Assembly (NCBI GenBank): GCA_964521285.1
Contig: CAZFQS010000004.1
Span: forward strand, 8,115-72,114
DNA length: 64,000 nucleotides
Reading direction: 5' to 3'
From: an uncultured Bacteroidales bacterium
Lineage (GTDB): Bacteria; Bacteroidota; Bacteroidia; Bacteroidales; UBA10428
Shown here in pieces: positions 54,575-64,000 of the stretch. Both the position numbers and the translations under genes were made by a program. The notes under the pieces were generated by a model. It made no database searches and had not been told where the DNA came from. It was given only the letters and a program-made list of their open reading frames with translations. Positions within the stretch are counted from its first letter, which is position 1. Each line of letters begins with the position of its first letter.

Positions 54575-56299
54575 ATGAAAAATACTATTAATTTATTCCG
54601 GATTTTTTTGATCGTGTTTTTAGTGTTTGCAGTTTGTAGTTGTAGCCACAAAGAAAAACAGCCTTTAAATAAAGGAACACAAACCTATTCAGAGCAAATT
54701 CCTTACCTGAAAAAGCAAGGCACTGCCACACAGCTTATCGTAGAAGGAAAGCCCTTCCTTCTGATTTCAGGAGAACTTCATAACTCGACTGCCGGAGGAT
54801 TTAAGTCCATGAGACCAGTATGGAAGAGATTAGCTAAAAAAAACCTTAATTCTGTCATTGCTACGGTTTCATGGGAACTTATTGAACCCATTGAGGGAAA
54901 ATTTGATTTTTCCCTTGTGGACAGCATGATTTCGGGCGCCAGGGAAGCAAAGCTTAAGTTGGTTATAATCTGGTTTGCCAGTTGGAAAAATGCAGGTTCT
55001 GTTTATATTCCTTCCTGGGTGAAGAAAGATTATGAAAAATATCCCAGGGCCAGGGATGAGCATGGTAAACCACTGGAAATCTTATCTACCTTTGGAAAGG
55101 CTTCTGCCGAAGCAGATGCCAAAGCATTTACAGCGCTAATGAGACATATCAGGGAAGTAGATAGCGCGCAGCAAACTGTGGTGATGATACAGGTTGAAAA
55201 CGAGATGGGTGTACTTGATAATTTAGGGAAAACCCCGGGTAATGCGAGGAGGGATTTTAGTGAGCCGGCCAATAAAGCATACAACGGTCCTGTTCCCCAA
55301 AAATTGATGGATTATCTTGTTGAACATAAGGATGACCTGTTTCCCGAGCTTTACAAAGTATGGGCAAAAAATGGCTTTAAAACTTCCGGGTCATGGGAAG
55401 AGGTATTTGGAAAAAGCAAATTCAAACCTGATATAAAGGACTGGAAATTTTACTCTTATTATACCGAAGAACTTTTTATGGCATGGAATTATGCCAGGTA
55501 TACTGAAAAAATTGCAGCAGCAGGTAAGAAAGAATATCCCCTACCCATGTTTGTGAATGCCTGGCTAAAACAACCTTTCAGCTACTGGCCGGGGAGGTAT
55601 CCGTCGGGAGGTCCTTTACCACAAGTAATTGACGTATGGAGGGCAGCCGCCCCTTCGATTGATTTCATAGCCCCCGACATTTATACAGATGAGTTTGCAT
55701 GGGTATGTAAGGAATATACAAGAAGTGGTAATCCTTTGTTTATACCTGAGACACGGGGTGGGGAGACTGGCGCCGCAAGGGCATTTTATGTTTTCGGGGA
55801 ATACGATGCAGGATGTTTTTCTCCATTTGGGATTGATAACCTTCGTCATGCTGAAAACGATCCCCTGGATGAAAGTTATGCCGTATTGCAAAAGATGTCA
55901 TCAATTATCCTTGAAAACCAAGGCACGGGAACCATGAGGGGAATACTGGTTGATACAATATCACCGGTTATGCGGTTTGAACTTGGAGACTATACGATTG
56001 AGTCTATACTTGGAGGAAGGGAAAGACAGGATATTGCAGGGGGACTTATCATAAAAACAGGCCAGCAGGAATGCATTTGTGCAGGCAGGGCCCTTGATAT
56101 CTTTTTTATTCCTAAAGATGATTCTATGCGTGTAGCAATTGATGCAGTGGATGAAGGAACTTTTGAAGGCGGGAAATGGATTCCTGAAAGAAGGTTAAAC
56201 GGAGATGAAGTACACGCGAGCACATGGTCAGGGACAGGTGTGAAGCTTCCGGGCCACAAGGTTAGTATTCAGAAGATTTCTCTTTACAGGTACAAATAA
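54575..56299 (+). CDS. Lipoprotein with a GH35/GH42-like TIM-barrel glycosidase N-domain and a DUF5597-like C-domain
   Basis: Lipobox 'AVCSC'. 'VEGKPFLLISGELHNS', 'VSWELIEPIEGKFDF' and 'IQVENEMG' (a candidate acid/base NE motif) fit clan GH-A beta-galactosidase-like enzymes. Confidence 0.55.
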   Translation: MKNTINLFRIFLIVFLVFAVCSCSHKEKQPLNKGTQTYSEQIPYLKKQGTATQLIVEGKPFLLISGELHNSTAGGFKSMRPVWKRLAKKNLNSVIATVSWELIEPIEGKFDFSLVDSMISGAREAKLKLVIIWFASWKNAGSVYIPSWVKKDYEKYPRARDEHGKPLEILSTFGKASAEADAKAFTALMRHIREVDSAQQTVVMIQVENEMGVLDNLGKTPGNARRDFSEPANKAYNGPVPQKLMDYLVEHKDDLFPELYKVWAKNGFKTSGSWEEVFGKSKFKPDIKDWKFYSYYTEELFMAWNYARYTEKIAAAGKKEYPLPMFVNAWLKQPFSYWPGRYPSGGPLPQVIDVWRAAAPSIDFIAPDIYTDEFAWVCKEYTRSGNPLFIPETRGGETGAARAFYVFGEYDAGCFSPFGIDNLRHAENDPLDESYAVLQKMSSIILENQGTGTMRGILVDTISPVMRFELGDYTIESILGGRERQDIAGGLIIKTGQQECICAGRALDIFFIPKDDSMRVAIDAVDEGTFEGGKWIPERRLNGDEVHASTWSGTGVKLPGHKVSIQKISLYRYK

Positions 56300-56324
56300 A
56301 ATGGTTTTAGCCCAGTCCCTTTAG

Positions 56325-56397
56325 CCGGTCTGGAGGGGCTCGAACCCTCGACCCCATGATTAAGAGTCACGTGCTCTGCCAACTGAGCTACAGACCG
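56325..56397 (-). tRNA. tRNA-Lys(CTT): tRNA-Lys (anticodon CTT)
   Basis: I folded the reverse complement CGGTCTG-TA-GCTC-AGTTGGCA-GAGC-A-CGTGA-CTCTTAA-TCATG-GGGTC-GAGGG-TTCGAGC-CCCTC-CAGACCG-G by hand. It gives a 7-bp acceptor stem, canonical D and T arms (GTTCGAG T-loop) and anticodon CTT. No CCA is encoded. Confidence 0.9.
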
Positions 56398-56504
56398 GTT
56401 CTGCAAATTTAAAATATTTATGATGAAATAGAAAAATCTGTCTGAGGTTAATATTCTAATCCGAATTCAGCTAAAGGTCAAAATTCACGGATAAGGCGGC
56501 AATC

Positions 56505-56624
56505 TCAAAAATCCCTTTTCTCGAATTTTTCATTTTTCTTTTCCTCTATCCTGTTAACAATAACATACAGAAGAAGAATAAAAACAATTAAGCCTATAAG
56601 CATATATATTCCGGCAATAAGCAT
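56505..56624 (-). CDS. Possible 39-aa single-TM small protein
   Basis: My own translation gives MLIAGIYMLIGLIVFILLLYVIVNRIEEKKNEKFEKRDF*. It is below the ORF-track cutoff and lies downstream of ybjQ on the same strand. No homology was judged. Confidence 0.2.
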   Translation of the reverse strand: MLIAGIYMLIGLIVFILLLYVIVNRIEEKKNEKFEKRDF

Positions 56625-56688
56625 AATAACATTGTATCCTGATTTTAAAACCGGTATTTAAAAAGCCGTAAGATTATTTTATTACAGA

Positions 56689-57003
56689 CTATTTTAATTT
56701 TACGGCTGTACCGTATGCTAGAATTTCAGAGGCTCCAGCCATAATAGCAGAAGTCATAAACCTTACATTTACTATTGCATCAGCACCCATTTTCTGTCCG
56801 TCAATTTGCAATCTTTCAAGCGCCTGCTCCCTTGCATCTGCCATAAGTTTTGTATACTCGGATATTTCACCTCCAACAATATTTTTAAGACCGGCAAAAA
56901 TATCTCTGCCAATATTTCTTGCCCTTACTGTACTTCCCCTAGCCAGGCCCAGAGTTTCTGCTATCTCCCTGCCCGGAATTGTTTCTGTTGATACTATTAT
57001 CAT
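56689..57003 (-). CDS. ybjQ: YbjQ/UPF0145 (DUF74) family protein
   Basis: A 104-aa product with 'TTETIPGREI...LG.V.G..VRARNIGRDIFAGLKNIVGGEI..YT.L...AR..A..R....A...GA.A.V.VRF'. Confidence 0.8.
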   Translation of the reverse strand: MIIVSTETIPGREIAETLGLARGSTVRARNIGRDIFAGLKNIVGGEISEYTKLMADAREQALERLQIDGQKMGADAIVNVRFMTSAIMAGASEILAYGTAVKLK

Positions 57004-57239
57004 AATATTTAATTTTAAGATTAACTATGCACGATTCAGCATAAAATTATAACATTTTTCAGATATTAAAGTTATTAAATTTAAACCTTTAGAATATAGA
57101 TACTGCTATTGATTCCGGCAACAACTTTGTTTGCTGTCATTTCATAAGCTGACAATAAATTCTTTTGTATTAAATTAGAATTTACTTTTGATTTATTACT
57201 AAATTTGGTTATAATTTTTTAATAACTAAATTTCAACAA

Positions 57240-58838
57240 ATGAACCTCTATTCTAAATTTGGAAATTTAAATATTTTACTTTTTGTAGTAATACAAATAT
57301 TCTTTTTTACGTCATGCAATTCACAAAACACTAAAAACCAACAAATGCAAAATTCATATAAAGAATTAAAAGACCGTGAACCTGTTGTTGCGGGGCAGTT
57401 CTATCCCGGACGATCAGACGAACTCAGTGCAGACCTTATTAAACTCTTTTCTGAAGCTGAACAGAAAAAAGTCAAAGGGGAAGTACTTGCAATAATTGCC
57501 CCCCATGCAGGATATGTTTTTTCAGGTGAAGTAGCAGCATCAAGTTTTAATCAGATAAATCCCAAAAAGAAATATGAAATAGTGTTTGTTATAGGTTCAA
57601 GTCATAGAACAGCTTTTGAGGGAGCTTCAATATATAACAAGGGTAATTATAAAACGCCTTTAGGTACAGTAAATGTTGATTTACAGATAGCCAATAATCT
57701 TATTAATAAATATGATGTTTTTAAATACAGGTCAGAGGCACATCAATATGAACATAGCCTTGAAGTTCAGCTACCTTTCCTGCAGCATATCATGGAAACC
57801 GACTTTAAAATTGTACCGATAGTTTTAGGTACTCAATCTCCTGAAACATGTAAAAAAATTGCCGGCGCACTGGCACCTTATTTTAATTCGGATAATCTGT
57901 TTGTTATAAGTACAGATTTTTCTCATTACCCACAATACGAAGATGCTAATAAGGTAGACAATTTAACTGCCAGCGCAATAACCTCTAATGATCCTGATAA
58001 ACTTCTTACCACATTAGGAAAGAATTCGCAAATGAACATTTCTAACCTTGCTACAAGTTTATGTGGCTGGACATCAGTATTAACATTAATGTATATAACA
58101 GAGGGTATGACTGACATTAAATATTATCCTGTAGAATATAAAAACTCGGGTGATGCCCGATTCTATGGTGATAAATCAAGAGTCGTAGGCTATTATTCCA
58201 TTGCCGTGGCAAAGGAAGTGGAAGAAAACACACTTCCTGAAAATGAAACAAAAAAAGAGAATCCAAAAAAAAAAGACTTTGAATTAACAGGAGAAGATAA
58301 AAAGGTACTTCTTGGGATAGCACGTAATACTATTGAAGATTATGTTAATAATAAGAATATTCCTAAAATAGACACAGAAGGATTTTCACAAAACCTGCTT
58401 ACCAACACCGGCGCATTTGTTACTATTCATAAGGATGGAAAATTGCGTGGTTGTATTGGAAGATTTGAACCCGATATTCAGTTATATAAAGTAGTACAGG
58501 AGGTAGCCATTTCAGCGGCGACCAGAGATTTCAGATTTAGTCCCGTTGCACGGGATGAGCTTGAAAATATTGATATTGAAATATCTGTACTTACACCTTT
58601 AAGAAAAATCGATTCCGCTGATGAAATTGAACTGGGTAAGCATGGCATATATATAAAACAGGGACGTAATTCGGGAACATTCCTGCCGCAGGTGGCTATA
58701 CAAACCGGCTGGAACCTGGAAGAATTTCTCGGGCATTGTTCGCGGGATAAAGCTGGTATAGGATGGGACGGATGGAAAAATGCTGATCTTTATGTATATG
58801 AGGCACTGATTTTTTCCGAAAATGAATTAATCCATTGA
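57240..58838 (+). CDS. amrB-amrA: Memo (AmmeMemoRadiSam protein B) fused to AMMECR1 (protein A), with a lipoprotein-type signal peptide
   Basis: The N-terminus is 'LLFVVIQIFFFTSCNS'. The Memo block is 'PVVAGQFYPG' and 'AIIAPHAGYVFSGEVAASSF'. A charged linker follows. The AMMECR1 block is 'GAFVTIHKDGKLRGCIGRFEP', 'AATRDFRFSPV' and 'IEISVLTPL'. Confidence 0.85.
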   Translation: MNLYSKFGNLNILLFVVIQIFFFTSCNSQNTKNQQMQNSYKELKDREPVVAGQFYPGRSDELSADLIKLFSEAEQKKVKGEVLAIIAPHAGYVFSGEVAASSFNQINPKKKYEIVFVIGSSHRTAFEGASIYNKGNYKTPLGTVNVDLQIANNLINKYDVFKYRSEAHQYEHSLEVQLPFLQHIMETDFKIVPIVLGTQSPETCKKIAGALAPYFNSDNLFVISTDFSHYPQYEDANKVDNLTASAITSNDPDKLLTTLGKNSQMNISNLATSLCGWTSVLTLMYITEGMTDIKYYPVEYKNSGDARFYGDKSRVVGYYSIAVAKEVEENTLPENETKKENPKKKDFELTGEDKKVLLGIARNTIEDYVNNKNIPKIDTEGFSQNLLTNTGAFVTIHKDGKLRGCIGRFEPDIQLYKVVQEVAISAATRDFRFSPVARDELENIDIEISVLTPLRKIDSADEIELGKHGIYIKQGRNSGTFLPQVAIQTGWNLEEFLGHCSRDKAGIGWDGWKNADLYVYEALIFSENELIH

Positions 58839-58864
58839 TGCGGATTGCAAACCCTTTATAATTT

Positions 58865-61387
58865 ATGAATTCCCCTTACCTCATATTTCCGATAGGTGTT
58901 CTTTTGCTAGTTTTATATCTAATTTCATTAAGCCTTTCAAGACTTTCTTTTATAAAACTTGCTACTCACAGAAAATTTTGGAACGTTCTTCTGCTAACAG
59001 CATTTTTTGTTACAGCAATACTGGGACTCATTCTTGCTATACAGGTGAATTATAAAATTAAGATCCCTTTTATTAAACAGCTGCTTACCCTGCATGTTGA
59101 TTTCGGAATTGGAATGACCACTATAGCAATATTTCATTTCCTGTGGCACTGGAATTATTACCTTAATCTGCTTAAAAAGAAAAACCTGAAAAAAAAGACA
59201 GGTGAAGAGGAACTAAAAGCTATGGAAGAAGTCAGTGTGGATTCTGAAAAGCCGGTCAGTATAAGATTTTTTGAAGCGCTGCCCTTATTTGTTCTTGGTT
59301 TTACAGCTATATTATCTCAGATAGTGTTGTTAAGAGAGTTCTTGCTGGTCTTTGGCGGTAACGAACTTGTTTGCGGCCTTGTCCTGGCAAACTGGATGAT
59401 CCTGACAGGGACAGGCGCCTTTATTGGAAGAATTACCAGAAGAACAGGATTCACCAGGAACTTTGTTTTTTATGCACTGGTCTTACTCGGACTGATCCCC
59501 CCAATTACTGTATTTCTCATAAACAATTTTAAAAATATTGTATTCGAACCGGGTATTGCCATAGGATTATTTCAGATTTTATACTCTACTCTTATTATAC
59601 TTTTACCCTTCTGCCTTTTGTCAGGATTCCTCTTTACCTGGCTGGCAACAAAACTCTCAATAAATATGAAAGCCAATGTAATAGAGAAGGCTTACGCTTT
59701 TGAATCTATAGGCAGTATTATTGGAGGAGGCCTGTTTAGTTTTGTTCTTGTATATTTTCTGACTACCTATCAGGTATTAGGTATATTGTTGTCAGTTAAT
59801 ATTTTAACCGGACTGGTACTCGCATTCAGACTTAGATTTAATATATATAAAGTTATTTTGCTTGTTTTATCCCTTTCATTTATAATAGTGTTTTTTATTA
59901 CTGATTTTGATTCTTTTTCAAAAAAGGCCTTGTTCAGAAATCAGGAATTGATTTTTCTTAAAGATACACCCTATGGTAATCTTGCCATAACACGCTCAGG
60001 GGATCAGTTAAACTTTTATGAAAACAACATTCTCCTGTTCAATACTTATAACACGATAGCGAATGAAGAAGCCGTCCATTATGCTATGGTACAGCACAGG
60101 GATCCGAAAAGTGTTTTATTAATATCAGGAGGAATATCAGGTATAACTGATGAAATACTAAAATATAATGTTGCCAGAATTGACTATATTGAACTTAATC
60201 CCTTGATATTCAGAATTGGCAAACAATTTACAGAGTCATTGGAAGATAAGCGAATAAATGCAATAGAAACAGATGCCCGGCTTTTTTTAAAAAAGACAAC
60301 TAACAAATACGATATTGTACTGATTAATTTACCCGAACCTTCAACTGCACAAATAAACAGGTATTATACAATTGAATTCTTCAGGCTGCTGAAAAAAAGA
60401 CTTAACCGGAATGCAATAATTTCTTTGGGTCTTCCTTCAACAGCAAATTATATTAGCAAAGAAGCAGCAAGGGTAAACTCTGTAATATATACAACCATTA
60501 AACAGGTATTTAGAGAAATTCTGGTTATACCGGGCGAAAAAAATTTCTTCATTATTTCTGACAACCCGCTAAGTATAAATATTGGCAAATTAATTGAAGA
60601 TAAAGGAATAGACAATGTTTATGTTAACCGTTACTATCTTGATGATAATCTTCTGAAGCAAAGGAGTAATTACATATTAACGAATATTTCTCATGATGTA
60701 AAAATTAATAAGGACTTCAGACCCGTCTCATATTTCAACCAGTTGCTATTCTGGATAAGCCAGTTTAATTTCAACTTAAATGTCTTTTTGATTATAAGTA
60801 CTATCATATTATTTGCAGTGGCATTATTAATAAGCAGACTCAACCCTGTTAACCTGGGAATATTTGCTGCAGGATTTACTGCCTCTTCTGTAGAGGTAAT
60901 GCTAATCATTTCATTCCAGATCATTTACGGATATGTTTACCAGACATTAGGTATAATAATAACAATCTTTATGGCCGGTCTGGCTACAGGGGCCCTGTTA
61001 AGGAAAAAGTTTTTCCCGGCACCAAAAAATAAACATTATTATATTTTACAATTCTCTCTTGCAATATATTCGATTATTTTACCTTTTATAATAGTATTTA
61101 CTGAATCATTATCAACCTTTCCAAACCTGGTACATATTATTTTCTTCATACTGACCTTTGTTATATCTCTTGTTGTTGGCTTTTTATTTGCTATAGCAAC
61201 TCTAATACAAAAGGAAGCTATTTCGGAAATCTCAGCAAAGGTTTACAGTGTAGATTTATTGGGCGCAGCTTTGGGTGCCCTTATTATTTCAATCTTGCTG
61301 ATTCCTTTAATCGGAATTGTTTATACGGGAATTATTCTTGGTATTTTAAATTTATTGTGTGCTCTAATTACATTTTTAAAATCATAA
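58865..61387 (+). CDS. Polytopic membrane protein with an embedded spermidine-synthase-like (class I methyltransferase-fold) domain
   Basis: An N-terminal 3-TM module ('HVDFGIGMTTIAIFHFLWHWNY') is followed by about 8 TM helices. The soluble domain has 'VLLISGGISG', 'IDYIELNP' and 'YDIVLINLPEPSTAQINRYYTIEFF'. About 5 further TM helices follow. Confidence 0.7.
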   Translation: MNSPYLIFPIGVLLLVLYLISLSLSRLSFIKLATHRKFWNVLLLTAFFVTAILGLILAIQVNYKIKIPFIKQLLTLHVDFGIGMTTIAIFHFLWHWNYYLNLLKKKNLKKKTGEEELKAMEEVSVDSEKPVSIRFFEALPLFVLGFTAILSQIVLLREFLLVFGGNELVCGLVLANWMILTGTGAFIGRITRRTGFTRNFVFYALVLLGLIPPITVFLINNFKNIVFEPGIAIGLFQILYSTLIILLPFCLLSGFLFTWLATKLSINMKANVIEKAYAFESIGSIIGGGLFSFVLVYFLTTYQVLGILLSVNILTGLVLAFRLRFNIYKVILLVLSLSFIIVFFITDFDSFSKKALFRNQELIFLKDTPYGNLAITRSGDQLNFYENNILLFNTYNTIANEEAVHYAMVQHRDPKSVLLISGGISGITDEILKYNVARIDYIELNPLIFRIGKQFTESLEDKRINAIETDARLFLKKTTNKYDIVLINLPEPSTAQINRYYTIEFFRLLKKRLNRNAIISLGLPSTANYISKEAARVNSVIYTTIKQVFREILVIPGEKNFFIISDNPLSINIGKLIEDKGIDNVYVNRYYLDDNLLKQRSNYILTNISHDVKINKDFRPVSYFNQLLFWISQFNFNLNVFLIISTIILFAVALLISRLNPVNLGIFAAGFTASSVEVMLIISFQIIYGYVYQTLGIIITIFMAGLATGALLRKKFFPAPKNKHYYILQFSLAIYSIILPFIIVFTESLSTFPNLVHIIFFILTFVISLVVGFLFAIATLIQKEAISEISAKVYSVDLLGAALGALIISILLIPLIGIVYTGIILGILNLLCALITFLKS

Positions 61388-61399
61388 ACCATATAAACT

Positions 61400-62215
61400 A
61401 TGAAACAAACAATCTGCATTCTAAAAGCATTCTTTTTTCTAATTCTGTTAATGATCTTCTGCATATCCAGTGCACAGGATACTATCCCTGATGATGAGAT
61501 CCTGAAATTATATGACGGACTTCGAGTTGCTGATGTATCTGATGGCATGGATATGATCGGACTTCGTGATGCCGGTTTAGTAGACACGCGCATTGAAGCT
61601 CTCTGGAAAGACACTGAAAACATGACCCATGTATTTTGCGGAATAGCTGTGACCGCAAGATACGTTCCAACAAATAAAATAGTTAAAAATCCTATGGGAA
61701 AAGAGGAATTTCAAAAGTGGGAAGGTAACTGGTACAATGATTACTCATCCGAGCCCTTTGTTGAATTTATTAAGCCTGGCACCGCAATTGTTCTGGATGT
61801 TCAGGGAGACGGGGATGCAGGTTCCGTAGGATCATTCAATTCACTTGCCTGGTACAGTAAAGGAGCCAGGGGAATTATTTCAAACGGAGGAATTCGTGAT
61901 ACAGATGAGATTACTAAACAGCGTATACCTGTTTATCTGGATTATATGGAAAGAGGCAGAGGCATAAGGCCGGGCAGGAATGAAATCGAATCGGTCAACA
62001 GATCGGTTACAATAGGAGGAGTATTAATAAGACCCGGGGATATTATTGTTGCGGATGGTGACGGCGTTATTGTTGTGCCCAGGGAACATGCAAAAGAAGT
62101 TGCAGAGCATGCAAGGGAAATACTTAATAAAGATAAAAGAGGCAGAAGAGCTTTGTACAAGAACCTGGGTATGCCTTTGGATAAGACTGTTGAGATAGAT
62201 GAGGACGGGAGCTAA
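61400..62215 (+). CDS. RraA-family (RraA / HMG-CHA aldolase-like) protein with a signal peptide
   Basis: The N-terminus is 'ILKAFFFLILLMIFCISSAQ'. RraA-fold motifs: 'VADVSDGMD', 'GTAIVLDVQGD', 'GIISNGGIRDTDEI', 'IPVY', 'PGDIIVADGDGVIVVP'. Confidence 0.7.
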   Translation: MKQTICILKAFFFLILLMIFCISSAQDTIPDDEILKLYDGLRVADVSDGMDMIGLRDAGLVDTRIEALWKDTENMTHVFCGIAVTARYVPTNKIVKNPMGKEEFQKWEGNWYNDYSSEPFVEFIKPGTAIVLDVQGDGDAGSVGSFNSLAWYSKGARGIISNGGIRDTDEITKQRIPVYLDYMERGRGIRPGRNEIESVNRSVTIGGVLIRPGDIIVADGDGVIVVPREHAKEVAEHAREILNKDKRGRRALYKNLGMPLDKTVEIDEDGS

Positions 62216-64000
62216 TATCCATTTTCCAGGATTTGCTTTGCAGCCAGTACGAGAAACATAAACTTTGTAGCTCCGCCGCCAATAACATATTCAGTTTGCT
62301 GCCATAAGTACGGCCATTCTTTCAATTCCGGAAAATCGGGCCTTATAAGTGCTGTTCCTGAAACAACGCCTCCCGGTATATAAGACCAGTCCGCTCTGTT
62401 AACTCCATAAGCAACAACTGTTGATTTTGTGCCCACACCGGACACAAATGAGGCAGTATTGCTGCCGGGGTGGCAACCCAGCACAAAATTAAGTGCATTT
62501 AGCATATATTCCTTTGACGCTTCCTTCTGCCAGTATTTATACAGGTAGTAATGCTCCAGGCCAAGGCTCTGTATAAGCCAGCCTGACCCCCAAATACGTG
62601 GACTGTAAGGTACGCCAAAAGGACTTTCATTAAGCTCATTATTCACCTTTATGTAATAATTCTGAATAGAATCATTTATAGTCTTTGTAAAATTTTCATT
62701 ATCAATAATTGGTAAAATGCGGCCTATTGTCCATCCAACATCTGCCACATCGATATCATGTGACATATCGAGAAGTTGCTCTTTATATGCCGGGCTCTCT
62801 GATGTAAGAATTAATTCAGCCAGAGCTTCTATTCTAAATCTCATGTATTTGCCACTATGTTTGTTGTTTTCCCAAAGAGCTTCAGCAACTCTCATACATT
62901 CCCCGGAGAGAGAGTCATTATATCCTCTCAGGACACGTGATGCTGCAGCAAGGCATCCGCAAACAAATAATTCCCTTCGCGGATTATTCTCTGTAAAGAC
63001 CCATCGGTCATCTTTATTTTTAAGCTGGCTTTCAGGATTGTTTATGTCATCCTCTTTAAGCCCTATAACGTTATCTGTCATATTTACTCCGTCACCCAGC
63101 AAAACATACTGTCGTAACGTAGGGCATATTATACCCCTGTATAAACGTCCCAGGCTATGATATCCCGACAAGATACTTATCACCCCGTGTTCTATTTGCT
63201 GCAAAATATCGGATTTTCCGTCAGGTATATGCATTTCCACCAGATGATTTTTCTGATCGATAGTTGTTTCATCATAGTATATATTAAAGTCTTCACTAAT
63301 CAGACTCAGAACATATACAGTACCTGCCTGCGATTCAACACGCAGGTCATAATCTCCTGCATCATGCCACCCCCCTCCGTTGAGTCCGGGCACATGCTCA
63401 AATGATCTATAGTTTGTAAGTGTTGAATCTCCCTGGTAATATCCATCGATATGAATGGTATCCACAGGAGCCATAAGCGCATCGTCCATATGACAGAGTC
63501 CGTGCCATACCCTGTACCTGTCATTTACCCTCATATGACACATCTGAACAGGTAAAAAATACTCAAGTGTGGGTTGCCACACATGCCTGTTAAAGATATC
63601 ACGATCTATAATGAATGTATTTGACTCAGAGTCACCATAATTTATAATATAAATGCCTGGCTGTGTCACTGATGAAAAGTCAAACTTAAAATACTGGTAC
63701 CTTAAAAATTCACCCCATCTTTCAGGAGCTTTTGAAAGTATTGTTTCCCTGACACCGGAAGCTGATATACGTTTCAAACTGACTTCCGCTGTTGCATTAT
63801 GCCTGCTATCACATTCAATAACTGCTACTTTTGACTGGTCAGGATGATAACCGAGCTGGGATATTTGAATTACAGGATTATACTCCCAGTCCGTTTTAAC
63901 ATAAGGTGTTATCATCCATTCTACTGCATTTTCTGAAACACCTGCCGGGATATTTGTACCTACAATATACCAGCCATTATTATGCTGAATACGGCCGTCT
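62212..64000 (-). CDS. GH9-like (alpha/alpha)6 glycosidase with an N-terminal Ig-like domain, 5'-truncated by the window end
   Basis: The frame stays open upstream of Met 63915 to nt 64000 (...DGRIQHNNGWYIVGTNIPAGVSENAVEW-M). It has the CelD_N-like 'ISQLGYHPDQSK' and the GH9 catalytic 'GGWHDAGDYDLRV'. The usual C-terminal 'HHR' is not obvious ('YGVNRADWS'). Confidence 0.6.
   Translation of the reverse strand, partial: DGRIQHNNGWYIVGTNIPAGVSENAVEWMITPYVKTDWEYNPVIQISQLGYHPDQSKVAVIECDSRHNATAEVSLKRISASGVRETILSKAPERWGEFLRYQYFKFDFSSVTQPGIYIINYGDSESNTFIIDRDIFNRHVWQPTLEYFLPVQMCHMRVNDRYRVWHGLCHMDDALMAPVDTIHIDGYYQGDSTLTNYRSFEHVPGLNGGGWHDAGDYDLRVESQAGTVYVLSLISEDFNIYYDETTIDQKNHLVEMHIPDGKSDILQQIEHGVISILSGYHSLGRLYRGIICPTLRQYVLLGDGVNMTDNVIGLKEDDINNPESQLKNKDDRWVFTENNPRRELFVCGCLAAASRVLRGYNDSLSGECMRVAEALWENNKHSGKYMRFRIEALAELILTSESPAYKEQLLDMSHDIDVADVGWTIGRILPIIDNENFTKTINDSIQNYYIKVNNELNESPFGVPYSPRIWGSGWLIQSLGLEHYYLYKYWQKEASKEYMLNALNFVLGCHPGSNTASFVSGVGTKSTVVAYGVNRADWSYIPGGVVSGTALIRPDFPELKEWPYLWQQTEYVIGGGATKFMFLVLAAKQILENGY

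Noticed and set aside
56300-56700. tRNA-Lys as the attachment site or boundary of a genomic island or prophage.
   Set aside because: No integrase, excisionase, transposase or phage gene lies on either side. I found no direct repeat of the tRNA 3' half in the window. Flanking genes are ordinary metabolic or housekeeping genes.
1-64000. Defence systems, toxin-antitoxin pairs, retrons, DGRs or prophage remnants as the hidden 'system'.
   Set aside because: I read every ORF in the track and the intergenic gaps. I found no reverse transcriptase, nuclease/helicase/ATPase defence-type domains, restriction-modification genes, small adjacent TA-like pairs or mobile-element genes. The unusual content here is metabolic and envelope-related.

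Overview
The window reads as a chromosomal segment of a low-GC Bacteroidota genome. This is inferred from a T9SS C-terminal sorting domain, a TonB-receptor/DUF4249 pair, TAnnTTTG-type -7 boxes, many CAZymes, and sulfatases with an anaerobic sulfatase-maturating enzyme. Coding density is high, and I saw no transposase, integrase, phage gene, CRISPR array, rRNA or recognisable defence gene. Layout: (1) 1-13.6 kb holds a tight same-strand cluster. It contains FTCD (5'-truncated), a CitD-CitE fusion, CitF, an isocitrate/homoisocitrate-dehydrogenase-family enzyme, an HD-like protein, two fused LeuC/LeuD-type dehydratases, an ALDH7-type aminoadipate-semialdehyde dehydrogenase, lysine-ketoglutarate reductase and saccharopine dehydrogenase. 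(2) 13.7-29.9 kb holds mixed genes: GH51, an MscK-like channel, a PurF-like protein lacking Cys1, a T9SS cupredoxin, the AmmeMemoRadiSam radical SAM enzyme, an Mth938-like protein, TonB receptor plus DUF4249, and a Tat-exported aldo/keto reductase. (3) 30.1-45.3 kb is a glycan locus: URO-D-like protein, GH115, GPH symporter, GH94 and GH130 phosphorylases, one Ser-type and one Cys-type sulfatase, anSME, and a SorE-like dehydrogenase. (4) 45.3-47.0 kb is an orphan two-gene cassette (unknown 161-aa protein plus B12-binding radical SAM). (5) 47.2-54.4 kb is a maltose/starch operon: MFS, beta-phosphoglucomutase, GH65, GH13, FG-GAP propeller. (6) 54.6-64.0 kb holds a GH35-like/DUF5597 protein, tRNA-Lys(CTT), YbjQ, a Memo-AMMECR1 fusion lipoprotein, a polytopic spermidine-synthase-like protein, an exported RraA-like protein, and a GH9-like gene truncated by the window end. 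The best candidate for something undescribed is the 1.3-13.6 kb cluster. It joins the saccharopine branch of lysine catabolism to citrate-lyase-, homoaconitase- and homoisocitrate-dehydrogenase-like enzymes, which suggests a reversed alpha-aminoadipate route ending in lyase cleavage of homocitrate. That is inference only. Secondary leads are the apparently exported AmmeMemoRadiSam components, the orphan B12-rSAM cassette, and a dispersed GGGGACAGCGCCC palindromic motif. All calls rest on reading the translated ORFs and the DNA by eye; no searches or computations were run. The ORF track prints 'M' for TTG/GTG starts (for example at 22, 12311 and 42680).
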